DNA from: Promethearchaeota archaeon
Lineage (GTDB): Archaea; Asgardarchaeota; Lokiarchaeia; Sigyniarchaeales; SOKP01
Direction: 5' to 3'
NCBI GenBank assembly: GCA_016840085.1
Contig: JAEOTA010000072.1
Span: 1-54,748 of the forward strand
DNA length: 54,748 bases
The position numbers were made by a program, and so were the translations under genes. Below are positions 38,327-48,013 of the stretch, in pieces; position 1 is the stretch's first letter; the number at the start of each line of letters is the position of its first letter. The notes beneath the pieces are model-generated. The model was not told the DNA's origin, did not search any database, and worked only from the letters and a program-made list of their open reading frames with translations.

Positions 38327-39591
38327 TTACCTTTTACTATTGATATCTTTAAGTTTATTAATTTCTTTTGTATAATCAATATGGCGAATTCCGGTGAATA
38401 AATATGGTAAAATTGTGATGATTATTCCTAATATCGCACAAATCAGGTATAAAAGAGAAACACCTAGGATCTCACTTAATGGACCCGCTAAAATAGCTCC
38501 AAGAGGTGAAGCAACCATCATAAGTGTATTAAGAGTAGAAGAGACTCTTCCCATTTTATCTGGAGGAATTGTTTTTTGAACAACTGTTAATACTAGTATA
38601 TCCACAACTGGTAGAATGAACCCCATTATGAAAGCACCTAATCCTATTATTGAATAATTTCCTATAGGAGCGAGTGCATATAGTAAATAACCGATATTTA
38701 TTATAATCATTCCGATAAATAATACTCGTATTTCATTTTTCCATTGTTTTTTGAAAGAAGGGATTAAAGCGCCTAAAATCATACCACCTTGCAAAATCAT
38801 TTCAATAAATGCTAACGTGAAATTATTCCCGCCATGTATGATCTTTATGAAGAAAGGAGCTAACACCATTAAGGGTTGTGTCAACATATATAATAACATT
38901 GCAATCAACATGATTATTAAGAGCCCAGGGATAGTTTTTATCACTGTAAAACCTTCCTTAATTTCTTTAACAAATGAATTCTTATCAACTCGATCTGCAT
39001 TCATATGAATAACAGGAATTTTGATTTTTAATAGAGGAATTAAAGCAATAAAGAAAGTAATAACATCTACCCAAAAAATATATTCTATTGGAAAAAAGAA
39101 TAATAGAGTAGCTCCAACTGCAGGACCTATCAATTGAACAATTCCTATGAAAAAATATCTGATGCCATTTACTCGGCTTAACTTATTTTTCGGAACCATA
39201 ATAGGCAATATTGCCATTACTGCTGGTGAATGAAATGATTGACATATACTTCGAATACCTATAAATAGAAAAATAAGCCAAATCTCTGTAAAGTCAAAAA
39301 TGAAAAATAAAGCTAAAACTGCTGTTAAAAATGCTAGTGTTGAATCTACCACCAATATTATAAGCTTTCTATTATATCTATCTGATATAACACCCGCAAA
39401 AGGAGTTATAATTAACATGGGAATCAAGAAAATGAAATTTGCTAGTGATAACATTAACGCACTGCCAGTTACATCTGTAATCCACACAAATATAACAAAA
39501 AAGAGGACAGTGACCCTAATAATGAAAATAACTGTCCAACCCAAAAATACATTTAACTTCTGAATGTTTCTTGATTAGCAGTCTCCTCCAA
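38327..39591 (-). pseudogene. MFS transporter paralog with disrupted 5' end
   Basis: TTG-EETANQETFRS*(TAA)MYFWVGQLFSLLGS, then a 1-nt frameshift near 39510 into the long frame. Confidence 0.8.
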
Positions 39592-39651
39592 ATTTCTCTG
39601 ACCTAGTTAAAGTCTTGCTTTTTTTTTAAAATATTATCTAAAATTATAATT

Positions 39652-39756
39652 TTAGCTTTCAAGAAAGATAATTGTTGAACCAAAAAGAGAGAATAATTGT
39701 CCCGCCCAAAAAAAAAGATAATTCCTATATGTTCTCTTATTTGCTAATTCTTCCAT
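39652..39756 (-). pseudogene. 5' remnant of a further MFS paralog
   Basis: MEELANKRTYRNYLFFWAGQLFSLFGSTIIF then premature stop. Confidence 0.85.
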
Positions 39757-39765
39757 CTTATTCAT

Positions 39766-41052
39766 CTAAACTTTATTACTATTTTGTTCTATTTCATTTT
39801 TATTTGAATTATTTAGATCAATCTCTTTATCATAGTCTATATGACGTATGCCTGTGAGATAATATGTTGCTATTGTAATTATAATCCCTAAGAGGGCACA
39901 ATATAAATACAAGGGGGCTACTCCAAAAATAACACTTAATGGTCCTGAAATAATTGCTCCTATAGGTGATATAACCATTGAAAGTGTGCTAATGATAGAT
40001 GAAACTCTTCCCATTTTATCTGGAGGAATAGTAGTTTGTACCACAGTAAGAAGGATTGTATTGACGATCGGTAAAATAAAACCTAATATAAATGCGCCCA
40101 CCCCCATTGTATAATAAAACCCTAGTGGCGTAATCGCATATAGCATATATCCAATATTGAATACAATTATTCCAATAAACATTGATCTTACCTTATTTTT
40201 CCATTGCTTTTTAAAAGAGGGGATTAATGCACCGATAATCATACCACCTTGTAAAATCATCTCTAGTATTGCTAACACAAAATTGTTGCCACCATGTACA
40301 ATTTTAATATAGTACGGCATCAAAACAAATAAAGGCTGAATCAGGAAGTTAAGCATCATCGCTAATATCAAAATTGTTATCAATCCAGGAAAAGCTTTAA
40401 GAATTGTAAAACCTTCTTTAATTTCTTTTGTAAAAGAGCTCTTTTCTCCATTTTCACTATTAATATGAACATTAGGAATTTCAATTAGTAATAAAGGTAC
40501 TAAAGCAATTAAAAAAGTAACCACATCCACCCATAGAATGTACTCTATTGGAAAAAAGAATAATAAAGTTGCGCCAACAACAGGTCCAACTAATTGGATA
40601 ATCCCTGTAAATAGAAAATTAATTCCGTTAATTTTGCCTAATTTATCTTTTGGAACCATTACGGGAATAATAGCACTTATGGCAGGCATATGAAATCCTT
40701 GAAATATGCTCCGTAGACTGATAAATATAAATACAAGCCAAATATTAGTAAAACCCGAAATAAAAAATATAGTTAAAATTACTGTTAAAAAAGCTTGCAT
40801 TGAATCTACTATTAAAATTATCTTTTTACGATCATACCTGTCAGTTAATACACCAGCAATAGGTATTACTATTAACATTGGGATCATATAAAAGAAGTTA
40901 GCCAATGAAAGCATTACGGCACTACCCGTTATATCTGTAATCCAAACAAATATTGCGAAAAAGATCACTAATGAGCCAAGCAAACTGAATAGTTGCCCCG
41001 ACCAAAAATATAAATAGCGTTTGTAAGTGTTTTCATTTGCGTATTCTTCCAT
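39766..41052 (-). CDS. MFS transporter (MefA/DHA3-like)
   Basis: FWSGQLFSLLGS, AGVLTDRYDRK, DKMGRV; 12 TM pattern. Confidence 0.95.
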   Translation of the reverse strand: MEEYANENTYKRYLYFWSGQLFSLLGSLVIFFAIFVWITDITGSAVMLSLANFFYMIPMLIVIPIAGVLTDRYDRKKIILIVDSMQAFLTVILTIFFISGFTNIWLVFIFISLRSIFQGFHMPAISAIIPVMVPKDKLGKINGINFLFTGIIQLVGPVVGATLLFFFPIEYILWVDVVTFLIALVPLLLIEIPNVHINSENGEKSSFTKEIKEGFTILKAFPGLITILILAMMLNFLIQPLFVLMPYYIKIVHGGNNFVLAILEMILQGGMIIGALIPSFKKQWKNKVRSMFIGIIVFNIGYMLYAITPLGFYYTMGVGAFILGFILPIVNTILLTVVQTTIPPDKMGRVSSIISTLSMVISPIGAIISGPLSVIFGVAPLYLYCALLGIIITIATYYLTGIRHIDYDKEIDLNNSNKNEIEQNSNKV

Positions 41053-41074
41053 TTTTCAAATCAACTTTTAAATT

Positions 41075-42349
41075 TCATTCATTTTGTATAATTTCAGAAT
41101 TTTGGTTCATATCCTCTATATACTTATCATAATCTACATGTCGAACTCCAGTAAATATATAGAATGAAAGTGTAACGATAATAATTGCTAAAGCACTAAA
41201 AAAGAATAAATTTTGAATTCCAATTAATTCAGCTATAGGTCCTGCTAAGATAGTAGCAAGAGGAACAATCACTACAGAAAGAGTACTGTCAATTGATGTC
41301 ACCCTCCCTAGCTTATCTTGGGGTACAGTAGTTTGCAAAATTGTCTGATATATAGTATTTATGATTGGTAACACAAATCCCATTATCATTATTACAATTC
41401 CTATATAAACGAAAATTCCATTAGGAGTATATGCTAAAAACGCATATCCAACGCCTGCAATCCCTATTCCGATAAATGAGTCCACAATTTTGTGTTTCCA
41501 TTCTTTTTTAATGGAAGTAAGGAATGCTCCAACCATTACACCTGCTTGTAGAAATATTAAAACTAATGCATACTCAAATTCTTCTCCACCATGTATAGTA
41601 TGAATAAAATATGGTAATAAAGTGCCTAATGGTTGTATGAAAAAGTTAACAAGCATCCCCATAAAGAGAAGTATTATTAAACCAGGAATTGCTTTTAAAA
41701 TAATTATCCCTTCTTTGAAATCTTTTGTAAAGGAACTCTTTTCCTTTACCTCTTTTTCTTCTCTTATAACAGGTATACTAATTAAGAGTAAAGGAATAAG
41801 TGCAATGAAGAATGTAATTATATCAATCCATAAGATTTCTCCAATAGTAAAGAATTGTAGTAGTAATGCTCCAATTCCCGGACCAAGTAATTGTATTAGT
41901 CCAATAAATAAGTAATTTATACCATTTATTCTACTTAGTTTATCTTTTGGAACCATTGAAGGTACTATCGCAGCTACTGTTGGTTGATGGAACGCTTGAA
42001 AGATGCTTCTTAATCCAATAAACAAAAAGATAATCCAAATATTTACAGCATCAAATATGAAAAATAAAATAAGAATAAAAGTGACAAATGCTTGCAATGA
42101 ATCCACTGTCAGGATAATACTTTTACGTTTCCACTTATCTGAAAGTACTCCTGCGATTGGCATAAATAATATTACTGGTAAAAAATAAAAAAATTGACCT
42201 AAAGATAGAAATGTTGGACTTGCCGTCTCTATTTCTATCCACCATACCAAAATAAAATGAACAACCATCGATCCTAATAAAGAAAATAACTGACCGACCC
42301 AAAAAAACATATAACTTCTAAAACTCTTTCGTGTTGGTTCTACTTCCAT
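41075..42349 (-). CDS. MFS transporter (MefA/DHA3-like)
   Basis: FWVGQLFSLLGS, AGVLSDKWKRK, DKLGRV. Confidence 0.95.
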   Translation of the reverse strand: MEVEPTRKSFRSYMFFWVGQLFSLLGSMVVHFILVWWIEIETASPTFLSLGQFFYFLPVILFMPIAGVLSDKWKRKSIILTVDSLQAFVTFILILFFIFDAVNIWIIFLFIGLRSIFQAFHQPTVAAIVPSMVPKDKLSRINGINYLFIGLIQLLGPGIGALLLQFFTIGEILWIDIITFFIALIPLLLISIPVIREEKEVKEKSSFTKDFKEGIIILKAIPGLIILLFMGMLVNFFIQPLGTLLPYFIHTIHGGEEFEYALVLIFLQAGVMVGAFLTSIKKEWKHKIVDSFIGIGIAGVGYAFLAYTPNGIFVYIGIVIMIMGFVLPIINTIYQTILQTTVPQDKLGRVTSIDSTLSVVIVPLATILAGPIAELIGIQNLFFFSALAIIIVTLSFYIFTGVRHVDYDKYIEDMNQNSEIIQNE

Positions 42350-42429
42350 TTTATATCCCCTAATTACAAAAAATTATTTTAAATTTGAAAATATTTAATA
42401 GTATTTTTCTTTTATGAATCCTATCCTTC

Positions 42430-43716
42430 TCAGCTCACATTAATGTTATTAATTTTATCTGTTATATTAGCTAGCTCAAACTTATCATCATAATTAATAC
42501 GACGAACTTTGGTAAAACGCCAGGTCAAAAATGTAATTATCACACCTATGAACGCACTATAAATAAACAGATTTTGCACTCCAATAAGTTCAGCTAATGG
42601 CCCTGAAATTAATGTTCCGATTGGAAAGATTGCCATTGATAATGATTGATCTACAGATGATACTCTACCCATTTTATCTACTGGAACAACTCTTTGTATA
42701 ATTGTCATATAGATAGTGTTTACAATAGGTAATGTCATTCCTGTAATAACTGCTACTCCTGCCATTAATATGAAATAGCCTTTTGGCGCAAAACCTAAAG
42801 TTGATAAAGTTCCCATTGTGATCATTAATCCTGAAAAATAAACAAAAATTTTATGCTTCCAGTTTTTCTTCAAGCTAGTTATTACCGCGCCAATTATCAT
42901 ACCTAAATTAAATCCTGTTAAAATAAGTGCTAAATCTGATGCTGTTCCGAGATGTGTAATATTTACAAAATAAGGCAATAACACATTGAGTGGTGTAATT
43001 AGGAAATTGAGAAACATTGATAAAAGTAAAATTGTTAGTAATCCCGGTATCATCTTAATGGTGAGCATTCCCTCTTTGAATTCTTTTTTAAACGATACCT
43101 TTATCTCTGTTTCTGTTTCTGCTATTTTTCTTACAGATGGTATCTTAATTAATAACAAAGGGATTATAGCAATACCAAATGTTATTACATCCATCCAAAG
43201 TATTAACTTTATCGGAAAAAATGCCATAAATGTAGCGCCTATTACAGGTCCGATTAGCTGTATAAAGCTTGTAAATAAAAAATTAATTCCATTTATTCTA
43301 CTCAGCTTTTCTTTAGGTACCATTGAAGGCATAATTGCACTTACTGTGGGCATGTGAAATGCTTGACATATTCCTCTTAAACTATTTATCAACACAATAA
43401 CTAAAGGATTTACATTATTACTGTAAAATAATACTATTATCCATACCGTTACTAACGCCTGTGTAGAGTCTGCGATAGCAATTATTTTTTTACGATTTAA
43501 TCTATCTGTAAGTACCCCAGCAAAAGGTGTAATAAATACCATCGGTAAAAAATATAAAAACATACCTACAGATAGATAAATCGCACTGCCCGTAACCTCT
43601 GTTACCCACCATGTAATTACAAATTGAACTATTAGTGAGCCTATTAATGAAAATAACTGCCCTGACCAAAAAAATAAATAGCTTCTAAATGTGTTTTGAT
43701 TTGCTAACTCTTCCAT
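42430..43716 (-). CDS. MFS transporter (MefA/DHA3-like)
   Basis: FWSGQLFSLIGS, AGVLTDRLNRK, DKMGRV. Confidence 0.95.
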   Translation of the reverse strand: MEELANQNTFRSYLFFWSGQLFSLIGSLIVQFVITWWVTEVTGSAIYLSVGMFLYFLPMVFITPFAGVLTDRLNRKKIIAIADSTQALVTVWIIVLFYSNNVNPLVIVLINSLRGICQAFHMPTVSAIMPSMVPKEKLSRINGINFLFTSFIQLIGPVIGATFMAFFPIKLILWMDVITFGIAIIPLLLIKIPSVRKIAETETEIKVSFKKEFKEGMLTIKMIPGLLTILLLSMFLNFLITPLNVLLPYFVNITHLGTASDLALILTGFNLGMIIGAVITSLKKNWKHKIFVYFSGLMITMGTLSTLGFAPKGYFILMAGVAVITGMTLPIVNTIYMTIIQRVVPVDKMGRVSSVDQSLSMAIFPIGTLISGPLAELIGVQNLFIYSAFIGVIITFLTWRFTKVRRINYDDKFELANITDKINNINVS

Positions 43717-43799
43717 ATTTTATCCCCTAATTTCCTAATTTTTTATTTTCCTAATTCCTAAATATTATTTTTTTTTTAAATCCCCTTTAAAAAATAATT

Positions 43800-44711
43800 T
43801 TACATTTTATCAATCATTTCAAAAAGCTTTGCAATAACCTCATCAAGGTCATTTGTAAATTTAAATACTCCCTCTTCTAGGTTTCCCTCAATACCCTCTG
43901 CTGCTAACTCATAAATTAAATTTTCAGCCTGCTCTTGTGAAATATTAAGTGCCTGAGAAAACTTTTCTAAAGGTATTGATTTCCGAAGTTTAATTAATCC
44001 TTGAATACGCTTCTTTATTCGCTCTTTATCTAGCTTTTTTTCAACATGGACTTGTATTTTAGGTTTCACTTTCCCAAATTGAGCTTCAATTTTATCCCCT
44101 AGCTCCTCTATTCCTGAATCTTTTACCGATTTTTCAATTCTTTCACCCATTTTATCTAGTTTCTTTCCCCATGATTCTAACTTTGCTATATCACCAATGT
44201 TATTCTTAACAAATTTCATCGATTTTCGAACTAACTCTGACACTGAAGCACCTAAGCCTTCTGCCCAGTCCTTCCATTCATCACTCATCTCAGGATCAAC
44301 TGAAATATTTATTCGCTTTACTGCTTTTTTTCTTGCTTTATGAAGTTTTTTTCTTATTTTTGCTCTTAATTTGGCCTCATATCTATACACTTTTTCTCTT
44401 AAACTTTCAAGCTTCTCTTTTACATGTTCAATTCGCTCCTTCGCATCCTCTCCTAAATCCTCTAACCCCCCCCTTACATCTCCAAATTCACCTAGTAAAG
44501 TTTCTCTTTCCATCTCAAGTTCTTCCAAATCTTCTATTAAATCTTCTTTAATATCATCTGCGTCTTCAATTATATCATCTATATCATCTATGAAGTCATC
44601 ATGTAAATCATCTATTTCTTCCAAAAGATCATCTCGAATATCATTCAACTCCCATTTTATCCTTTCGGTCTCTTTCTTATCCTTTTCATTATTTTTTTCA
44701 TCATTTGACAT
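43800..44711 (-). CDS. Acidic coiled-coil plus RHH plus C-terminal PCI/wHTH-like protein
   Basis: D/E-rich heptads; RINISV..WK.WA..G.SVSELVR; SIPLEKFSQALNIS..AENLIYEL. Confidence 0.7.
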   Translation of the reverse strand: MSNDEKNNEKDKKETERIKWELNDIRDDLLEEIDDLHDDFIDDIDDIIEDADDIKEDLIEDLEELEMERETLLGEFGDVRGGLEDLGEDAKERIEHVKEKLESLREKVYRYEAKLRAKIRKKLHKARKKAVKRINISVDPEMSDEWKDWAEGLGASVSELVRKSMKFVKNNIGDIAKLESWGKKLDKMGERIEKSVKDSGIEELGDKIEAQFGKVKPKIQVHVEKKLDKERIKKRIQGLIKLRKSIPLEKFSQALNISQEQAENLIYELAAEGIEGNLEEGVFKFTNDLDEVIAKLFEMIDKM

Positions 44712-44749
44712 GTTAACACCACATTTCTGTATATTGGTTAATTTTAATA

Positions 44750-45427
44750 TTATTCTTCATCTAACTGAATTTGAATAGGTTCATTAGCTAAAGTGACTTT
44801 TTGGTGAACTTCGATATTGTCAATATAATAAATTACTCCTGCGACCTCTGTTCCCTTACCTATCTTCACGTCTCGTCCTCTTACATCCCCATTAACAAGT
44901 GCTCCAGTAATATCAGCTATATTTGCAGCAAATATATTTCCATGTACTTTGAATGGTTGTTTTAATATTTTTCTTTCCCGCATGAGGCGTGTGCCAATAA
45001 AAACATCATCTCCCTTTATGTTTCCATCAATTATCACCGAACCCTCAATATCAATGGTTTTTTGAGATAATAGATCACCTTGAACTCTTGCGGAACCTGA
45101 AAGCCTAATTCCTTCAATTGCTTCAACTTTATCTCCTGTCCTAAATGAGCCTGAACCTCCTAATACTCCCCTGATTAAAACCTCCCCACCTACTGATGAG
45201 GAACCAGAAAATTTAGCATTACCATCTCCATGAAGGAATCCTGCAATTCTAAATGATCCAGAACTTTTAACATCACCACGAACCGTCAAATTTCCCTCGC
45301 CCCTTAAAGAACCAGATGATTTAAACCCATTACATTCAAAATCCCCAGCTATCTTCGCAGAGCCTGAAAGATTTATCTCATCATTAATTTTCCCTTCTGA
45401 AAGTCTTCCTGATCCAGATATTCTCAT
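44750..45427 (-). CDS. Bactofilin-like (polymer-forming) beta-helix protein
   Basis: Recurring SGS / V.GD glycine-rich beta-solenoid repeats; V.GDV.G.DV.IG..TEV.G.IYY. Confidence 0.75.
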   Translation of the reverse strand: MRISGSGRLSEGKINDEINLSGSAKIAGDFECNGFKSSGSLRGEGNLTVRGDVKSSGSFRIAGFLHGDGNAKFSGSSSVGGEVLIRGVLGGSGSFRTGDKVEAIEGIRLSGSARVQGDLLSQKTIDIEGSVIIDGNIKGDDVFIGTRLMRERKILKQPFKVHGNIFAANIADITGALVNGDVRGRDVKIGKGTEVAGVIYYIDNIEVHQKVTLANEPIQIQLDEE

Positions 45428-45480
45428 ATTTTTTTAACCTCTTTCTTTAATTATTTAATAATATATTTATTAATTTTATC

Positions 45481-45570
45481 CTAACAAATTATAGGACTCC
45501 TGAATAATAATTTGGAATATGTGTTAGCTTTTACCTTCTCTAAATCTTCATATCCATTCGTTATTTTCAT
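45481..45570 (-). CDS. Putative 29-aa sORF
   Basis: AAAGAGGT, A-run, ATG; MKITNGYEDLEKVKANTYSKLLFRSPIIC*. Confidence 0.45.
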   Translation of the reverse strand: MKITNGYEDLEKVKANTYSKLLFRSPIIC

Positions 45571-45674
45571 TCTTTTTTTACCTCTTTTTTATTTTTTATT
45601 TTTCATTTTTTTTTGTTTGATAATTTGATAACTTTGATGATCGTGAATAAAAATATAAAAAAAAATTGAATTTA

Positions 45675-45746
45675 TTAAAATCTGTAGGCATAATACATGT
45701 TTTTAACAATTATTAACTCTTTTCCGTCTAAACTTTTTTTATTCAT
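45675..45746 (-). CDS. Putative 23-aa sORF
   Basis: AAAGAGGT, A-run, ATG; MNKKSLDGKELIIVKNMYYAYRF*. Confidence 0.45.
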   Translation of the reverse strand: MNKKSLDGKELIIVKNMYYAYRF

Positions 45747-45773
45747 TTTTTTTTACCTCTTTTTTATTTTTTT

Positions 45774-45938
45774 TGTTGTGTATTGTTGTGTATTTTTTTT
45801 TTTTTCTAAATAAAAAATATACACACTAGTATTTAAATGTTGTGGATCAAGTGTGTATATGATCAATTGTGACAATGTGATTATTATGAGAAAAAGTTGT
45901 CTAATCATACTCTATTATGTTGTGTATTGTTGTGTATT
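45774..45938 (-). promoter_or_regulatory. Promoter with operator array: 11-bp inverted repeat around a TATA box and two tandem TGTTGTGTAT pairs
   Basis: atatacacact 45817-45827 / agtgtgtatat 45850-45860 flank TTTAAATA; (tgttgtgtat)x2 at ~45774 and ~45918. Confidence 0.7.
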
Positions 45939-45952
45939 GGTATTTTTTGTTA

Positions 45953-46387
45953 TTATTTTGTATATTTTAATTTCTCGAGGTATTTGACAACATCTGGTGG
46001 TCCACGTTTAATGCCATAAACTCTGAAGGAATCTATAGTTTTTTTGACTAATTCTAAATCAATGTCTTTGCTAAATTTAATTAATCCTACAACGAATATT
46101 TTTAGTTTTTGTTTTTTGCTTAAAATTTTTTCGAGAAAGTCTCGAGAGATTATGGTTATACCAACTGCAATATGATTTTCTTCGTTTTTTTCATCTCTGA
46201 GCCGTTTTGTTTCAGTTTCAATTTCGTAATCATTTTTACTTATTTCATTTTTGACAGCAACTCTGATAAATTCAGCTCTTGAGTTATAGAATCCTTGTTC
46301 CACAAAATAATCTATTTTTCCTACATCCACAAAAGGTAGATTTACAGTAATTTTTTCATATATTTTTTTAATTGGTTTATCATTCAT
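45953..46387 (-). CDS. CopG/RHH transcriptional regulator
   Basis: EKITVNL..VDVGKID..V..GFYNSRAEFIRVAV. Confidence 0.88.
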   Translation of the reverse strand: MNDKPIKKIYEKITVNLPFVDVGKIDYFVEQGFYNSRAEFIRVAVKNEISKNDYEIETETKRLRDEKNEENHIAVGITIISRDFLEKILSKKQKLKIFVVGLIKFSKDIDLELVKKTIDSFRVYGIKRGPPDVVKYLEKLKYTK

Positions 46388-46409
46388 AATTACATCATCT
46401 AATTTTTCT

Positions 46410-46440
46410 TAACATCCCTATGGAATCTAGTGGGATGTTA
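46410..46440. promoter_or_regulatory. Inverted repeat, putative autoregulatory operator
   Basis: taacatccc-N13-gggatgtta between TTTAAA (~46447) and the regulator start. Confidence 0.6.
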
Positions 46441-46580
46441 TTTCATTTAAATGTTTCGATCCAAGAAGTGATCAAAAATAGCGAGGATTAAGGATAGAAG
46501 GTTAATATTAACATTTCATTAAGATTTCATAAAATGATGTAATGTTGTAATTGTGTAAATTTTAACCTTCTCTCTTCAAA

Positions 46581-46814
46581 TTATTCTAACACTCGATTTG
46601 GTGGATACTTTTTCATTTTTTTATAGTCGAGAGAGATAACTAAGACAAAAATACATACAAATGAGAAAAGGAGGAAAATAGCGCCTATAAACGACCAGAG
46701 TTGTAAGCTTGAAATGGTATGTGAAAATCGCAGAATAGAAACTATTAATAATACAATTCCCACAATTGGATATGGAAGAAATTTAGAATAATATTGTTTT
46801 GGAGACTTATTCAT
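46581..46814 (-). CDS. Small 2-TM membrane protein
   Basis: Two hydrophobic segments, ATG start. Confidence 0.55.
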   Translation of the reverse strand: MNKSPKQYYSKFLPYPIVGIVLLIVSILRFSHTISSLQLWSFIGAIFLLFSFVCIFVLVISLDYKKMKKYPPNRVLE

Positions 46815-46828
46815 CAGAGATTTATAAT

Positions 46829-47284
46829 CTAATATAGGTGTGTTATGTGTTCAAAGAGATTTCCTCTGCTAAAATAATTATGGATTTTGTTGATTGTGCA
46901 TACTTGAAAATGGGAGTCATAGCACCGAAAGAACTCCAGAAATGGGATTGAAGAACCAAAAACTTGGGTATGATGACTCTTGGTTAGGTCTAATTTCAAA
47001 CTAAAGGGACAATCTTTAATTATGATATCAGAACACTTCAATAAATATAAAACCTCAAACGTACAATGTTCGAATTTAATATTTTTACATCTATTCAAGG
47101 TGAGATACTTGAAGGAGCAATTTTTCAGTATGATATGGAGAGAAGTATCTTTAATAATCGATTGCTGCGAGAAGGAATGAGGAGATGCAATTAGAAAAGG
47201 ATTTTCAAGAGTTCCGTTTCCTTTCCACTTTTCATTAATACTTTTTTTTATTATATCGTTTTTAAAATATTTGAAATATGACAT
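46829..47284 (-). CDS. Short parallel beta-helix protein, possibly truncated
   Basis: G.GT.ENPF then L..C.NI....C.F repeats. Confidence 0.6.
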   Translation of the reverse strand: MSYFKYFKNDIIKKSINEKWKGNGTLENPFLIASPHSFSQQSIIKDTSLHIILKNCSFKYLTLNRCKNIKFEHCTFEVLYLLKCSDIIIKDCPFSLKLDLTKSHHTQVFGSSIPFLEFFRCYDSHFQVCTINKIHNYFSRGNLFEHITHLY

Positions 47285-47410
47285 TTTATTCAGCTCTTTT
47301 TTATTATTCCCGCAGTATGTGAGAATATTTTATAACTTTATAATTAACTTCGGATTTTTAAATTGTTAATGATTGTATGTAATCATCTAAAAAGATTTGA
47401 AAAAAATAAG

Positions 47411-47812
47411 TTATTTTAATTTTTTCTTTAATTTACAAACTGTTATCAAACCCCCCAAAGGTATAAAAAGTGATATCAGCATGATTGAATAACCTGATAT
47501 AACGCCATTCTTCAATTTGGTAGGTTTATATTCAATCTCAATTTGTTTCTGTGTAATACCATACATATTTTTCACCTCTACGTTTATTGTGTAATTACCT
47601 GCTTTATTATCACTTAAACTCCAATTAATTAATCCTGAAGGTTTTATCCATTCAGTCCAATCTGTTCCGTTTAAGATCTGGAATAAATAATCATCATCGA
47701 CCTCTCCATCATTATTATTATCAGCATCAAAAATAGATATGTTTAACTTGATATTTGTTGAATTAACAACCAAAGTTCCTTGATCAACGTAAATTTCAAA
47801 ATCTGGGGGTAA
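47411..47812 (-). pseudogene. C-terminal remnant of a membrane-anchored surface protein
   Basis: Ig-like GNYTINVEVKN.YG, ISGY + TM + KKKLK tail; no 5' part. Confidence 0.6.
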
Positions 47813-47834
47813 TTGTGAAAGGGGGAGTTATAGC

Positions 47835-47993
47835 AGAATATTAACAGTAATATTATCAAAGCCTTGAAGTTTTTGCTGATAAATAAGATGTATCAATTCT
47901 GCTATTGGTTTAGCCTGTATATGAAAGTCAAATTCTACATTTTGGACTGGAATTTCACGTTCTTTATAATATTTAGTAAGTTTATTGAGTATA
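47835..47993 (-). repeat. Diverged internal copy of the CARF-wHTH gene (matches ~53598-53754)
   Basis: ILNKLTKYYKEREIPVQNVEFDFHIQAKPIAELIHLIYQQKLQGFDNITVNI versus the intact gene. Confidence 0.95.
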
Positions 47994-48013
47994 ATTTACT
48001 TCTCCAAATACTT

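Noticed and set aside
45774-45938. CRISPR array or replication iterons
   Set aside because: Only 10-bp units in pairs with no spacers; no cas or rep gene nearby
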